64,000 nucleotides of DNA from an uncultured virus (IMG/VR IMGVR_UViG_3300030333_008421) (IMGVR_UViG_3300030333_008421), one strand, 5' to 3'. Counted from the stretch's first letter, positions 49,213 to 58,611 are shown. Numbers and translations are program-made. Notes: generated by a model not told the origin, from the letters alone.

Positions 49213-49770
49213 TTAGTAATCTTCTAATTCATCAGCAACTTCAACTTCAGGGTCATCTTTGTCGTATTCAATATGACCCTCAAGTTCACCCAATTTATCA
49301 GGGTCGACATCAGGCTCAGGTTGCTCACCTTCAAATACTTCATCTAATATACCATTTAGAATCATTTGTTCTACAACTTTCTTTGCGAAAGCTTTATCAA
49401 CATATTCTGAAGCAAAATTAATAATATCATTTGCATCTTCAGGGCTGTTTTCTACGTATCTAATGATATCTTTTTCGACGCCTTTAAGTAAAGTGTCGTA
49501 TGCTTTTTCTGCTGGTTTAAATTTCCTACCTTTTAATTTAACTTTACCTTGAGAAGCTTTTTTATATCTTGTTGCTCTGCTTCTTGCTCCAGCACCACCA
49601 CGGATACCTTTTATTCTCATCATCATTTCATAATATGACTCTTTTCGTTCTTCTCCTGTATCAGGATCTATTACAGTCTTACGTTCTCTTTCCGTATATT
49701 TCTTTTTACGGCCTTCTTCTACGGTTTCTCTGTAAGATTCGAATAAAAATTGGTTATCCTTATCTTTCAT
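49213..49770 (-). CDS. Hypothetical late protein, basic N-half and acidic C-half
   Basis: MKDKDNQFLFESYRETVEE leader; TAAATA-N7-ATG. Confidence 0.55.
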   Translation of the reverse strand: MKDKDNQFLFESYRETVEEGRKKKYTERERKTVIDPDTGEERKESYYEMMMRIKGIRGGAGARSRATRYKKASQGKVKLKGRKFKPAEKAYDTLLKGVEKDIIRYVENSPEDANDIINFASEYVDKAFAKKVVEQMILNGILDEVFEGEQPEPDVDPDKLGELEGHIEYDKDDPEVEVADELEDY

Positions 49771-49807
49771 ATTGAATTATTTATTAGATTTGCTATAATA
49801 TAAACAA

Positions 49808-50452
49808 ATGTGTGCAATATTCGGTTCAACTGAAAGAAGTAAGTTTATTAGCTTATATGAACTTAACAAAGACCGTGGTGGTTACGCAACTACGTTTTCA
49901 GGTATTAAAAATGATACGATTACTACATTCAAACGCAAGATGTTTGATATTGATAATCTTTATCTAGAAGATTGGGATTATTATTTGGGTCATCACCAAG
50001 CTCCTACTAGTTCAGTAAGAAAGTATTCTGAGAAAACGTCGCACCCGTTTAATTATGGCAGATGGCATGTAGCTCATAATGGGGTACTTATGAATCATAA
50101 AGAAGTAACAGAGGCTAGTGATACCAGAGAAATAGATACGTCGTATATTCCTGCATTTATGGAGGAACTAGATTTAAGTCCTTTAGGTTTGAGTGATAAA
50201 GAACTATTGGAAGAGACATTTAGTGCATTTAAAGGAACGCATACTTGTTGGGTATGGGATGATAAGAATAGTAAAATATACTTAACTAAAAATGGTAGCA
50301 CGTTGTTTATGGATGGTGAAAATTTTTCATCAGTAGAGTTTGAAGGTAGTAAAAGCTTACTAGATGGTTATGTATATAGTCACCATAAAGGAAAAGGGTT
50401 TATAGAGTTAGTTCAATTTACAAATAGCAATCCTTTTGCTGTATTCAGTTGA
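49808..50452 (+). CDS. Class II (Ntn) glutamine amidotransferase
   Basis: M-CAIFG N-terminal Cys, RG, GH.QAPT, HPF, AHNGVL.N, DT; TTGAAT-N16-TATAAT-N8-ATG. Confidence 0.88.
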   Translation: MCAIFGSTERSKFISLYELNKDRGGYATTFSGIKNDTITTFKRKMFDIDNLYLEDWDYYLGHHQAPTSSVRKYSEKTSHPFNYGRWHVAHNGVLMNHKEVTEASDTREIDTSYIPAFMEELDLSPLGLSDKELLEETFSAFKGTHTCWVWDDKNSKIYLTKNGSTLFMDGENFSSVEFEGSKSLLDGYVYSHHKGKGFIELVQFTNSNPFAVFS

Positions 50453-50482
50453 TATCCTTTAATTGGACATTATTATATTTAC

Positions 50483-51559
50483 ATGAAGACAGCGTTAGTA
50501 TGTGGTGCAGGTGGGTTTATTGGTAACCACCTTGTTACAAGATTAAAAAAAGAAGGTTATTGGGTAAGAGGTGTAGATCTTAAGTATCCTGAATTTTCAC
50601 AAACACAAGCAGACGAGTTTGTTACAGGTGATCTTACCGGGCAAAAATTTGTAGACAGAATAGTTCGTACTGGTGATTATCATTCCAGTGTACCTGTTCA
50701 ATATCAAGAACAGTTTGATGAAATTTACCAATTAGCTGCTGATATGGGTGGTGCTGGCTATATCTTCACAGGTGATCATGATGCTAATGTCATGAGAAAC
50801 TCAGCAACTATTAATCTTAATATTCTAAACTCGGTTAACCAGCTCAATCAATACGTTAAGTTACCGTGGTATAGTGATTCGAGAGTTTACCCTTATGAAC
50901 AGAAAGAAACTCGTATTTTTTACAGTAGTTCTGCTTGTATGTATCCTGAACACAACCAACTAGACCCAGATAACCCGAATTGTGAAGAATCCTCTGCATA
51001 CCCTGCTAACCCTGACAGTGAGTACGGTTGGGAGAAGTTATTCTCCGAAAGGCTTTACATGGCATATCAAAGAAATTACGGCATTCCTTGTAGAATAGCA
51101 AGATTTCACAATATCTACGGACCTCAAGGAACGTGGCAAGGTGGTAGAGAAAAGGCTCCTGCAGCTATGTGTAGGAAAGTCGCTGAAACCGAAGATGGTG
51201 GTAGTATAGATGTTTGGGGTGATGGGTCACAAACACGTTCATTCTTATATATTGATGAATGTGTGGAGGGAATTAGACGTTTGATGGATTCTGATGTTTC
51301 AGAACCGTTAAATCTTGGATCTGATGAAATGGTGACCATTAACCAGTTAATTGAAACCGCTGAAACGGTTGCAGGTAAGAAATTAGTCAGAAATTATATT
51401 GACGGGCCACTAGGAGTAAGGGGTAGGAATAGCGATAACACACTAATCAAAGAAAAATTAGGTTGGGCCCCACATTACCCGTTACTTAAGGGTATTACTC
51501 ATACATATGACTGGATATATGATCAAATCAATATCAGCACGTTAAAAACCGAAGCTTGA
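50483..51559 (+). CDS. GDP-mannose 3,5-epimerase-like NAD-dependent epimerase
   Basis: GAGGFIG, QLAADMGGAG, YSSSACMYP, YGWEK, REKAPAA.CRK, GVRGRNSDN. Confidence 0.88.
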   Translation: MKTALVCGAGGFIGNHLVTRLKKEGYWVRGVDLKYPEFSQTQADEFVTGDLTGQKFVDRIVRTGDYHSSVPVQYQEQFDEIYQLAADMGGAGYIFTGDHDANVMRNSATINLNILNSVNQLNQYVKLPWYSDSRVYPYEQKETRIFYSSSACMYPEHNQLDPDNPNCEESSAYPANPDSEYGWEKLFSERLYMAYQRNYGIPCRIARFHNIYGPQGTWQGGREKAPAAMCRKVAETEDGGSIDVWGDGSQTRSFLYIDECVEGIRRLMDSDVSEPLNLGSDEMVTINQLIETAETVAGKKLVRNYIDGPLGVRGRNSDNTLIKEKLGWAPHYPLLKGITHTYDWIYDQINISTLKTEA

Positions 51560-51590
51560 TCATTTTAGTTAATGGTCTATCATAGTTTAT

Positions 51591-52922
51591 ATGTCTGATA
51601 AATCTCTGGACTTAGAATACTACGAAAATGTAGTGATGTACAAAAGTCTTACTGATCCTCGTTACTTGGGATCAATAATAGACTTTTTACAACCAAAATT
51701 CTTTGATAATAAAAATTATCAAGACATAATTAAGATTGCAAAAGCATTTTTCTTTAAGAGACAGTCTATACCTTCAGCTACTGAAATTGCTACATACTGT
51801 TCAACGCCTGAATTAAAGACTTCTCTTAAAGAAACGCTTCTTAAAATTGATCAACTTGATAAAACGTTTAATCAAGACGAGTTATATCATAGTACAGAAC
51901 GTTTTCTTAAAGAAAAAGCAGTATATCATACAATGCTTGAAGTTGCTGAAGACGTAAGTAAAGGTTTGGTAGATCCAACCGTTATATTTGAAAGGTTTAA
52001 CGAGTGTTGTTCTATAAACCTATCAGTCGATATTGGTTTTGACTTATTAGTTGATCACCAGAAGTTAATTGACAACCTTCAAATTGAAGAACCAACTGTA
52101 CCTTCAGGTTGGACTTGGGTTGACGAAATGTTAGACGGTGGGTTTTTAGAAAACGGTAGATCTATCTATGTGTTTGCTGGTGAAACTAATGTAGGTAAGT
52201 CAATCTTTCTAGGTAACATAGCAGTTAATATGGCTAAACAAGGTAAAACTGTATTAGTTGTATCTTTAGAAATGAGTGAGTTAATGTATGCTAAAAGATT
52301 AGCTGGAAATTTAACTGGTATCGAGATTAACAACTTGAGAACTGAAATACCGACATTAAAAAGTAAGTTAGAAGATCATATTAACTCTAATCCAACTGGT
52401 AAGATTTTAATTAAAGAGTTTCCACCAAGTACTATTACAGCAAATCAGTTGGGTGCATTTATGAAGAAGATAGAACAGAAGGGTATTAAGATTGATGCCT
52501 TGGTTCTTGACTATATTAACTTGATGCATTCACCTATAGGTAATAATAGTTATGAAAGAGTTAAATATGCAACAGAACAAGTAAGAGCTTTGTCGTATAC
52601 TCATAATTGTCCTATTATTACAGCCACACAGTTGAATAGAACTGGATATGATACTCAAGACCCTGGATTAGACACTATTGGTGAAAGTATGGGTTTAGCT
52701 ATGACAGCAGATGCTATATTTTCTATATTTCAAAACGAAGAAGATAGGGGGTTAGATCAAATACGGTTAGGGGTTATGAAGAACCGTTTTGGTCCTAACT
52801 TCGGTCAGACGGAAATGAGTATACATTACCCAACTTTAACAATTACTGACGGTGAAGTACAAGACTTGGGTAATGCGGCAGCTAATGTTATGGGTAATAT
52901 CGAGTTATTAGCTAATACTTGA
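51591..52922 (+). CDS. gp41: gp41 replicative DnaB-like helicase
   Basis: GETNVGKS, SLEMSE, IKEFP, LDYINL, TATQLNR, ESMG...TAD, KNRFG. Confidence 0.95.
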   Translation: MSDKSLDLEYYENVVMYKSLTDPRYLGSIIDFLQPKFFDNKNYQDIIKIAKAFFFKRQSIPSATEIATYCSTPELKTSLKETLLKIDQLDKTFNQDELYHSTERFLKEKAVYHTMLEVAEDVSKGLVDPTVIFERFNECCSINLSVDIGFDLLVDHQKLIDNLQIEEPTVPSGWTWVDEMLDGGFLENGRSIYVFAGETNVGKSIFLGNIAVNMAKQGKTVLVVSLEMSELMYAKRLAGNLTGIEINNLRTEIPTLKSKLEDHINSNPTGKILIKEFPPSTITANQLGAFMKKIEQKGIKIDALVLDYINLMHSPIGNNSYERVKYATEQVRALSYTHNCPIITATQLNRTGYDTQDPGLDTIGESMGLAMTADAIFSIFQNEEDRGLDQIRLGVMKNRFGPNFGQTEMSIHYPTLTITDGEVQDLGNAAANVMGNIELLANT

Positions 52923-52952
52923 TAACTATGTTTGTTTTTATAATTAATTGCA

Positions 52953-53861
52953 GTGAACGGTAAGAATTACATCTTTAGTGATTCGGATTTAGACGGGGTT
53001 GGCAGTGTAATGGTACTTAACTGGTTATTAGACTGTGGATTTCAATACAAAACTACCACGTTTAGAAACTTTAGAGAAGATTTCCTGTCTTTTCTTACTA
53101 ATAATAAGATAACTGATTTCGATCGTGTCTTTATTTGTGATTTGAACGTTAGCGAACATAGTGATTTACTTAATTATAAAAATATTACTGTTATTGATCA
53201 TCATAATGGTAAAGACAATTATGATGGCTTTAACAAAACTGAATTAATACTTGATAGCAACTATTCATCAACAACTAAATTAACATTAAAATATATTATT
53301 AACAATTATCCTAAGAGCGTAACTAAATTAACTAAGAAAAAAGCAAAATTAATAGAACTAATAGACGATTATGACTGCTATAGACTTGCTCATAAAGAAA
53401 GTATTGGGTTAAACCAGGTGCTTTGGAGTTATACTGGTAATAGAGTAGAAAAGTTTATAGAAGACTTTAAAGAAGGTTTTGAAGGGTTTAATTTGTATCA
53501 AAAAAACATGATTACTTTGGCAAATAAAAAGATAATCAACGCTTTAAAAACTGACGACGGCTTTATTTACGAAACAAACATAGATGGAAAACCAAAACGA
53601 CTAGTATCATTAGTATGTAATCATAATATTAATGAAATAGCTTGTGGTTTACTCAAAAAGTATAAATGCGACATTGCGTTTATAGTTAATCCTAAATCTA
53701 AGAGTGTAAGTGTTAGGAAAAGGAAGGGTGATAGTACTAATCTTTGTAAGTTGGCTTCGAAGTTGTGTGAAGGTGGGGGTCATACTGACTCTGCAGGCGG
53801 AAAGTTAAATGAAACATTTCTTAAATTTTCAAAACTTTTTAAACCTGTAGCGTTAGCATAA
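52953..53861 (+). CDS. DHH/DHHA1 phosphoesterase
   Basis: DSDLDG, ICDL, IDHH, DDYD, SVR, GGGH...AGG. Confidence 0.88.
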   Translation: MNGKNYIFSDSDLDGVGSVMVLNWLLDCGFQYKTTTFRNFREDFLSFLTNNKITDFDRVFICDLNVSEHSDLLNYKNITVIDHHNGKDNYDGFNKTELILDSNYSSTTKLTLKYIINNYPKSVTKLTKKKAKLIELIDDYDCYRLAHKESIGLNQVLWSYTGNRVEKFIEDFKEGFEGFNLYQKNMITLANKKIINALKTDDGFIYETNIDGKPKRLVSLVCNHNINEIACGLLKKYKCDIAFIVNPKSKSVSVRKRKGDSTNLCKLASKLCEGGGHTDSAGGKLNETFLKFSKLFKPVALA

Positions 53862-53863
53862 AA

Positions 53864-54157
53864 ATGAAAAATGACTCTTACAATCCGGTAGAATACGCCC
53901 GTGCTAAAGAAGTGGGGCACGCTTTCATGGGCTTTTGTTCTTTTGTTTCAATTATTAACAACAAAAAGATTAATTTACCTAATATCTTCATCATGTTGTT
54001 AAAAGATTCCAAATTACGTACCCTTTTTAAAGAATTACTTGAAATAGATACCGACTTTGAAATGGTAAAAATGTTTTTGTTTTATGAACCCTCGTTGCAT
54101 AAGAGTAAGTACATAATGAAGTACTTGAATAGTAAGAAAAAGAAATTGATAAGTTAA
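53864..54157 (+). CDS. Hypothetical protein
   Basis: 97-aa ORF filling the gap; position equals T4 gp33 but no motif recognised. Confidence 0.5.
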   Translation: MKNDSYNPVEYARAKEVGHAFMGFCSFVSIINNKKINLPNIFIMLLKDSKLRTLFKELLEIDTDFEMVKMFLFYEPSLHKSKYIMKYLNSKKKKLIS

Positions 54158-54178
54158 GAGGTCACTTATAATAAAGTA

Positions 54179-54841
54179 GTGACTGAGTTCGAACAACTAA
54201 TATACAACCTTCACCTAAAAGTTTCACGTACGGTTCAAAATAAACCTTATCGTTTTCGTAATAATTTCGAAAAATTGGGGGAAGATAAACAAATGTATTG
54301 CAAAAAACTAGCTCAGTTTTTTACTAAACATAAACACATAAACATTGAAACTTTTTTTAAGTCCCCGTACCATATTTACGAAGATAAACCTAATTTAGAC
54401 TTAAAATTTTATACTTCTTTAAAGGCATGTAAGCTTTATTTTGATTTTATTAAAAGTAAAAACAAACACGATATTAATTCAAAAGAAACCAAATCTTTTT
54501 ACAAAAACTCTGCTTTATTTGTAACAAAGTACTGTATTGAGAACAAAATAACGTGGGATGAATATATTATATACAAGGTAAACGAATTTGACAGGGTGAA
54601 TGCCTTTTTCAGTCACCTAAAAAACGGGGATGTATCAATTTACTTTCTTATGTCGTTTAATAATTTTGAACCGGAGTTTAAAAAACATGATAAAGAGGTT
54701 ATTATGCATATGCTTAATGATACAATTAACTCTATTAGTCAACACCGTTTAAAGTTTTACAATAAAAAGGAGGAAACAAAATTGTTTTTCGATAAGGTTT
54801 TTAATTTATGTAAAAACAAAGTTGACTCCTCGTTAGATTAA
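54179..54841 (+). CDS. Probable gp59-like helicase loader
   Basis: 220 aa, basic/aromatic, directly upstream of gp32 as in T4; weak N-terminal resemblance only. Confidence 0.45.
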   Translation: MTEFEQLIYNLHLKVSRTVQNKPYRFRNNFEKLGEDKQMYCKKLAQFFTKHKHINIETFFKSPYHIYEDKPNLDLKFYTSLKACKLYFDFIKSKNKHDINSKETKSFYKNSALFVTKYCIENKITWDEYIIYKVNEFDRVNAFFSHLKNGDVSIYFLMSFNNFEPEFKKHDKEVIMHMLNDTINSISQHRLKFYNKKEETKLFFDKVFNLCKNKVDSSLD

Positions 54842-54915
54842 TATATAATAGAGAAGTTATCGGTAACTAGCGGTTACCTTAACGAGAAAAACTAAAATAA
54901 CTAAGAAACTTAAAA
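54822..54915 (+). promoter_or_regulatory. gp32 promoter (TTGACT-N16-TATAAT) and structured/A-rich 5' leader, candidate autogenous operator
   Basis: Hairpin GGTAAC-TAGCG-GTTACC (54862-54878) then A-rich tract with AACT repeats up to the ATG. Confidence 0.6.
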
Positions 54916-55779
54916 ATGACAGATATTAAATCATTATTCGAAAGTATTAAGACCGAAATGACTAAGGACGATAAGGGTTCGAATCGTTCACAGTTTTTGA
55001 GGACGGAAGTAGGTAACACATACACAGTTCGTTTGTTGCCAAACGTGAAAGATGCAACTAAAACATTCTTTCACTATTACTCACACGGTTGGACATCGTT
55101 CGCAACCGGTCAGTATCTCAATCACATCAGCCCACAGACATGGGGTGAACGTGATCCTATCGGTGAAGCGCGTTATCGCATTACTAAAACAGGTACCGAA
55201 GAAGAAAAGGAAAAGGCTAAAGCAATTTTGCGTCGTGAAAATTGGTTGGCTAACGTCTATGTGGTTAACGACCCTGTTAATCCAGACAATAACGGTACGG
55301 TTAAGTTGTTGCGCTTTGGTAGACAGTTGCATAAAATCATTATGGAGGCTATGCAAGGTGATGAAGCCGATGAGTTGGGTTATCGAATCTTTGATCTCAG
55401 TAAGAATGGATGCGATTTTCGTATCAAAGTTGAGAAGCAAGGCGATTTTCCGACTTATGTCTCATCGAAGTTTGGTATGCCTAAAGCAATTGAAGGTGTG
55501 GACTCGGATAAAGCTCAAGAAATCTATGATAACCAGTCAGATCTTGAAACTGTATTTACAGTTAAGAGCTACGACGAACTAAATGAGATCTTGAACGAGC
55601 ATTTTTATTGTGTAAGTACTGATAGCAATGCTAAAGTCCAAACATCAACAGTCGAAACTAAGAAAGAGCCTGTTGTTGAAACACCTAAGCCAGTGGAAAG
55701 CACGACAAGTAGCACTTCTACTGACGATGACGATGAGGACATTGCAAGCTTGCTGAATAGTTTAGATGAAATGAACTAA
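54916..55779 (+). CDS. gp32: gp32 single-stranded DNA-binding protein
   Basis: VRLLP, Y.H, DPI.E, ANVYVV.DP..P.N.G.V...RFG, FD...G.DF..K, Y.SSKF, SY.EL, acidic tail. Confidence 0.9.
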   Translation: MTDIKSLFESIKTEMTKDDKGSNRSQFLRTEVGNTYTVRLLPNVKDATKTFFHYYSHGWTSFATGQYLNHISPQTWGERDPIGEARYRITKTGTEEEKEKAKAILRRENWLANVYVVNDPVNPDNNGTVKLLRFGRQLHKIIMEAMQGDEADELGYRIFDLSKNGCDFRIKVEKQGDFPTYVSSKFGMPKAIEGVDSDKAQEIYDNQSDLETVFTVKSYDELNEILNEHFYCVSTDSNAKVQTSTVETKKEPVVETPKPVESTTSSTSTDDDDEDIASLLNSLDEMN

Positions 55780-56270
55780 TGCAAGATGGTAAACAACAGA
55801 CTAGTAATGTAGACTATAACGCAGGTCTGGATCCTGGTGCGGTTAATGCTCAGGGTCCAGACCCTTCTTTTAATCCTATGGAGGATGCAATGGCCATTAG
55901 GTCAATGTTTGGTGCAATCCATAATGAACTCAATCAAGTAAACGAAAATTTAGTTGACCCTTCTGTAAATTTAAAAGCTAAACAAGTTAATAAGACAGTA
56001 ATGGATAGGGATATTCTAAATATCGTAGGTGTTACCCCTCAACAGCAACCAGTACCGCAAAATATACCTCAACCCTTCCAACCTCAGCCTGTACCACCGC
56101 CTCAACAAACAGGACAATTAGAAATACCTCAAGTAGACCCTAATCAACTTGAATTGAATTTCGATAATTCAGCAACAGCTAACAAAATATTTGAAAAGCT
56201 AGATGATATCGAGAGGAAGCTTATTAAAATCGAAAGTAAATTAAACTCTTTAGTAGATAAAAAAAAGTAG
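55779..56270 (+). CDS. Hypothetical Pro/Gln-rich protein with C-terminal coiled coil
   Basis: QQQPVPQ..., DPNQLELNF. Confidence 0.55.
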   Translation: MQDGKQQTSNVDYNAGLDPGAVNAQGPDPSFNPMEDAMAIRSMFGAIHNELNQVNENLVDPSVNLKAKQVNKTVMDRDILNIVGVTPQQQPVPQNIPQPFQPQPVPPPQQTGQLEIPQVDPNQLELNFDNSATANKIFEKLDDIERKLIKIESKLNSLVDKKK

Positions 56271-56304
56271 CTTGTAATCCCAAGCAGAGTGTCTATAATA
56301 AGTT

Positions 56305-57024
56305 ATGGTCATTTCTATCAAAGATAAGAGTCAATTTGTAAATGGGTATTTACGACCTATAAGTGCATTGACTGAAGCAATTATTATTAAAAATAACGAT
56401 AATAAACTTGAATGTATTGCTAATAACGAGCAAGGATTAATAATTTATGCCAGTTACGATATTGAATTAAAAGATGATATCGTACTAAACATACCAAACG
56501 TAAGAAAACTTGAAAAAGTTTTGTCTTTTATTGAAGGGAATGAAGTCGACCTTGAATATAAATCGAATTCGCTTTCTTATAAAGACAAAAAGCTCCGTTT
56601 TAAATATCATTTCTTAGATGATAATATTATTCAAGCTCCAAAATTAAGCGTAAGTAAAATAATGTCATTACCTCATAATATTACCTTTAAAATTGACTCA
56701 GGAAAGATTACCGAACTAGCAAAAGGAGCTGCATTTGTAGCTGAATCAGAAAAATTATACTTTAATATTGCTGATAATGAAATATTTGCTGAAATTACCG
56801 ATAAATCTAACTCATCTGTTGATAGCTACTCAATAAAAGTTGCAGATATTGAAGACGACACTAATGTAAGCTTCCCAATTCATTTTGATATTGTTAGATT
56901 GCTTGGAAGCGCAAACGGAGATGAAATTACAGTTAAGATTAATACCGATCAAGGCTTAAGCATGTTTGAAATTGAAAACGCAACCACAAAACTTAAGTAT
57001 ATTGTACCAGGTTTACAAGTATGA
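56305..57024 (+). CDS. gp45: gp45-like sliding clamp
   Basis: 239 aa, two repeated alpha/beta halves, LNI..V.KL...LS, C-terminal LKYIV; early promoter. Confidence 0.7.
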   Translation: MVISIKDKSQFVNGYLRPISALTEAIIIKNNDNKLECIANNEQGLIIYASYDIELKDDIVLNIPNVRKLEKVLSFIEGNEVDLEYKSNSLSYKDKKLRFKYHFLDDNIIQAPKLSVSKIMSLPHNITFKIDSGKITELAKGAAFVAESEKLYFNIADNEIFAEITDKSNSSVDSYSIKVADIEDDTNVSFPIHFDIVRLLGSANGDEITVKINTDQGLSMFEIENATTKLKYIVPGLQV

Positions 57025-57353
57025 AGAATAAAGTAAAGACATTAGGCTATTTTAAAAAGAGATTACGTGATAATGGCTTTATTGTACTAGATGTCTTTAG
57101 GGATTTTAGTGAAAATGATAAAAGAAAATGGACTGTTCTTATAAATCCAAAGTCTGAAAGCATTTTTTGTACTTGTTATGAGAGATATGATAGGGATTTT
57201 GATGTCGTTTTCGAATTTAATGACGGAGGAAATAAAATACCTAAAAATTTTGTTATGACCACCCCATCCATGGAATCAATTATTGAACAAATGATTCTAA
57301 AATGGAAAATTAATAATGATAATTCAAAGTCGCCTTACTTCAAACGTAAATGA
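57021..57353 (+). CDS. Hypothetical protein
   Basis: Coupled (ATGA) to gp45. Confidence 0.55.
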   Translation: MKNKVKTLGYFKKRLRDNGFIVLDVFRDFSENDKRKWTVLINPKSESIFCTCYERYDRDFDVVFEFNDGGNKIPKNFVMTTPSMESIIEQMILKWKINNDNSKSPYFKRK

Positions 57354-58204
57354 AGAAGGTACTTATTAATTTTAGAGCTAAAGGAAGCGGTACCAGTTAT
57401 GCAAGTGGTACATATGTCAAGTCACAAGCTGAAAATTCTATTACAGGAAAAGAAATCGGCGGGTTTGATGATGTATTCCAATACACATTAGACGATATTG
57501 ATAATAAATTTAAAGAAAAAAATAAATTTCTTTTTAAAATAGGTAAAGGTGTGGGGTTTTGGTGTTGGAAACCTTATATAGTTCTTGATGCTTTGAGTAA
57601 AGTAAACGAAGGCGACTTAGTTTTTTATTCAGACTCAGGGGCTTCTTTTGTTAAACCTGTTCAACCTTTAGTAGATCTTTGCGCTCAAACAGAAGGCGTA
57701 ATGGTATTTAGAGGCGGTAACCATTTTGATTCTAGAGAAAAACATCAAACTAAAAGAGACACTTTTTTCTATATGGGCTGTAAAGGAAAAAAATATGAAG
57801 AAACTTTTTCACGTGCAAGTTCTTTTATACTTTGGATAAAAAACGATTTTTCTGTACAGGTTGCAAAGGAATGGTTATATTATAATCAAGACCCTCGTTG
57901 TGTGTCTGATTTTCCAAGTATTTGTGGTGAGAAAGAAGTAAAAGGCTTTAGAGAACACAGACACGACCAATCTATATTAAGCGTTTTAACAAAAAAATTT
58001 AATATTAAATCGTTTTTATCTCCGTGTCAGTTTACTGGTCAGGGTTGGACTACCCATAATAACCCTTTAAACAAGTATGCACCTAATTTTATGAATAATC
58101 TTAGTTTAGAAAAGGACGAAGAAGTTCGACAATATAACATTGAACAGTCTGTCTTTGAAAAAAATTATGGTATGATAATTCACCATCATAGAAGAAGAGA
58201 TTAG
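57350..58204 (+). CDS. Putative GT-A glycosyltransferase
   Basis: G.GFW.WKPYI, FY.DSG, TKRD.F, EHRHDQSILS. Confidence 0.7.
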   Translation: MKKVLINFRAKGSGTSYASGTYVKSQAENSITGKEIGGFDDVFQYTLDDIDNKFKEKNKFLFKIGKGVGFWCWKPYIVLDALSKVNEGDLVFYSDSGASFVKPVQPLVDLCAQTEGVMVFRGGNHFDSREKHQTKRDTFFYMGCKGKKYEETFSRASSFILWIKNDFSVQVAKEWLYYNQDPRCVSDFPSICGEKEVKGFREHRHDQSILSVLTKKFNIKSFLSPCQFTGQGWTTHNNPLNKYAPNFMNNLSLEKDEEVRQYNIEQSVFEKNYGMIIHHHRRRD

Positions 58205-58236
58205 TTGAGGAGTTTAATTATCCATTAAATATTATT

Positions 58237-58575
58237 ATGGGTCGTAAAAAAGACAAACCTCAACCGACACCTACACGACAAAACGATGAAGGAATTCTCG
58301 ATTTAAATGAAGCACAGGTAAAGAAAGCTTTTGAACATTTAGTTAAAAGAAAACTTACCGTCGAACAGGGAGAAAAACTTAAAAATTTTAACAATCTAGA
58401 TAGAGTTTTATCTGAATACATGGATTGTTGCATTATTATGGGGTACGACACTAAAGGTGAAGGGGTGGTTAGATTTAATTGTAATAATAACCTTCAACAC
58501 GACGCGCTAGTAAACCTTTTGCAAAAGGTATATGCTTCGCAAATAGGGCCAGGTGGTCATAATAACCCTTTTTAA
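58237..58575 (+). CDS. Hypothetical late protein
   Basis: TAAATA-N5-ATG. Confidence 0.5.
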   Translation: MGRKKDKPQPTPTRQNDEGILDLNEAQVKKAFEHLVKRKLTVEQGEKLKNFNNLDRVLSEYMDCCIIMGYDTKGEGVVRFNCNNNLQHDALVNLLQKVYASQIGPGGHNNPF

Positions 58576-58611
58576 TTGATATTTTAAGGATTGTTCATAA
58601 AATAACTTTAT

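Noticed and set aside
47666..50452. QatABCD-type defence system (QueC plus ATPase/TatD)
   Set aside because: No TatD or KAP ATPase neighbours; QueC comes with FolE2, QueD and QueE, i.e. biosynthesis
53864..54157. gp33 late co-activator by position
   Set aside because: Synteny only; no recognisable gp33 motif, left as hypothetical
55052..55582. 176-aa alternative-frame ORF (and 119-aa antisense ORF) inside gp32
   Set aside because: No promoter, GTG/ATG context or motif support; gp32 is less AT-rich so off-frame stops are rarer
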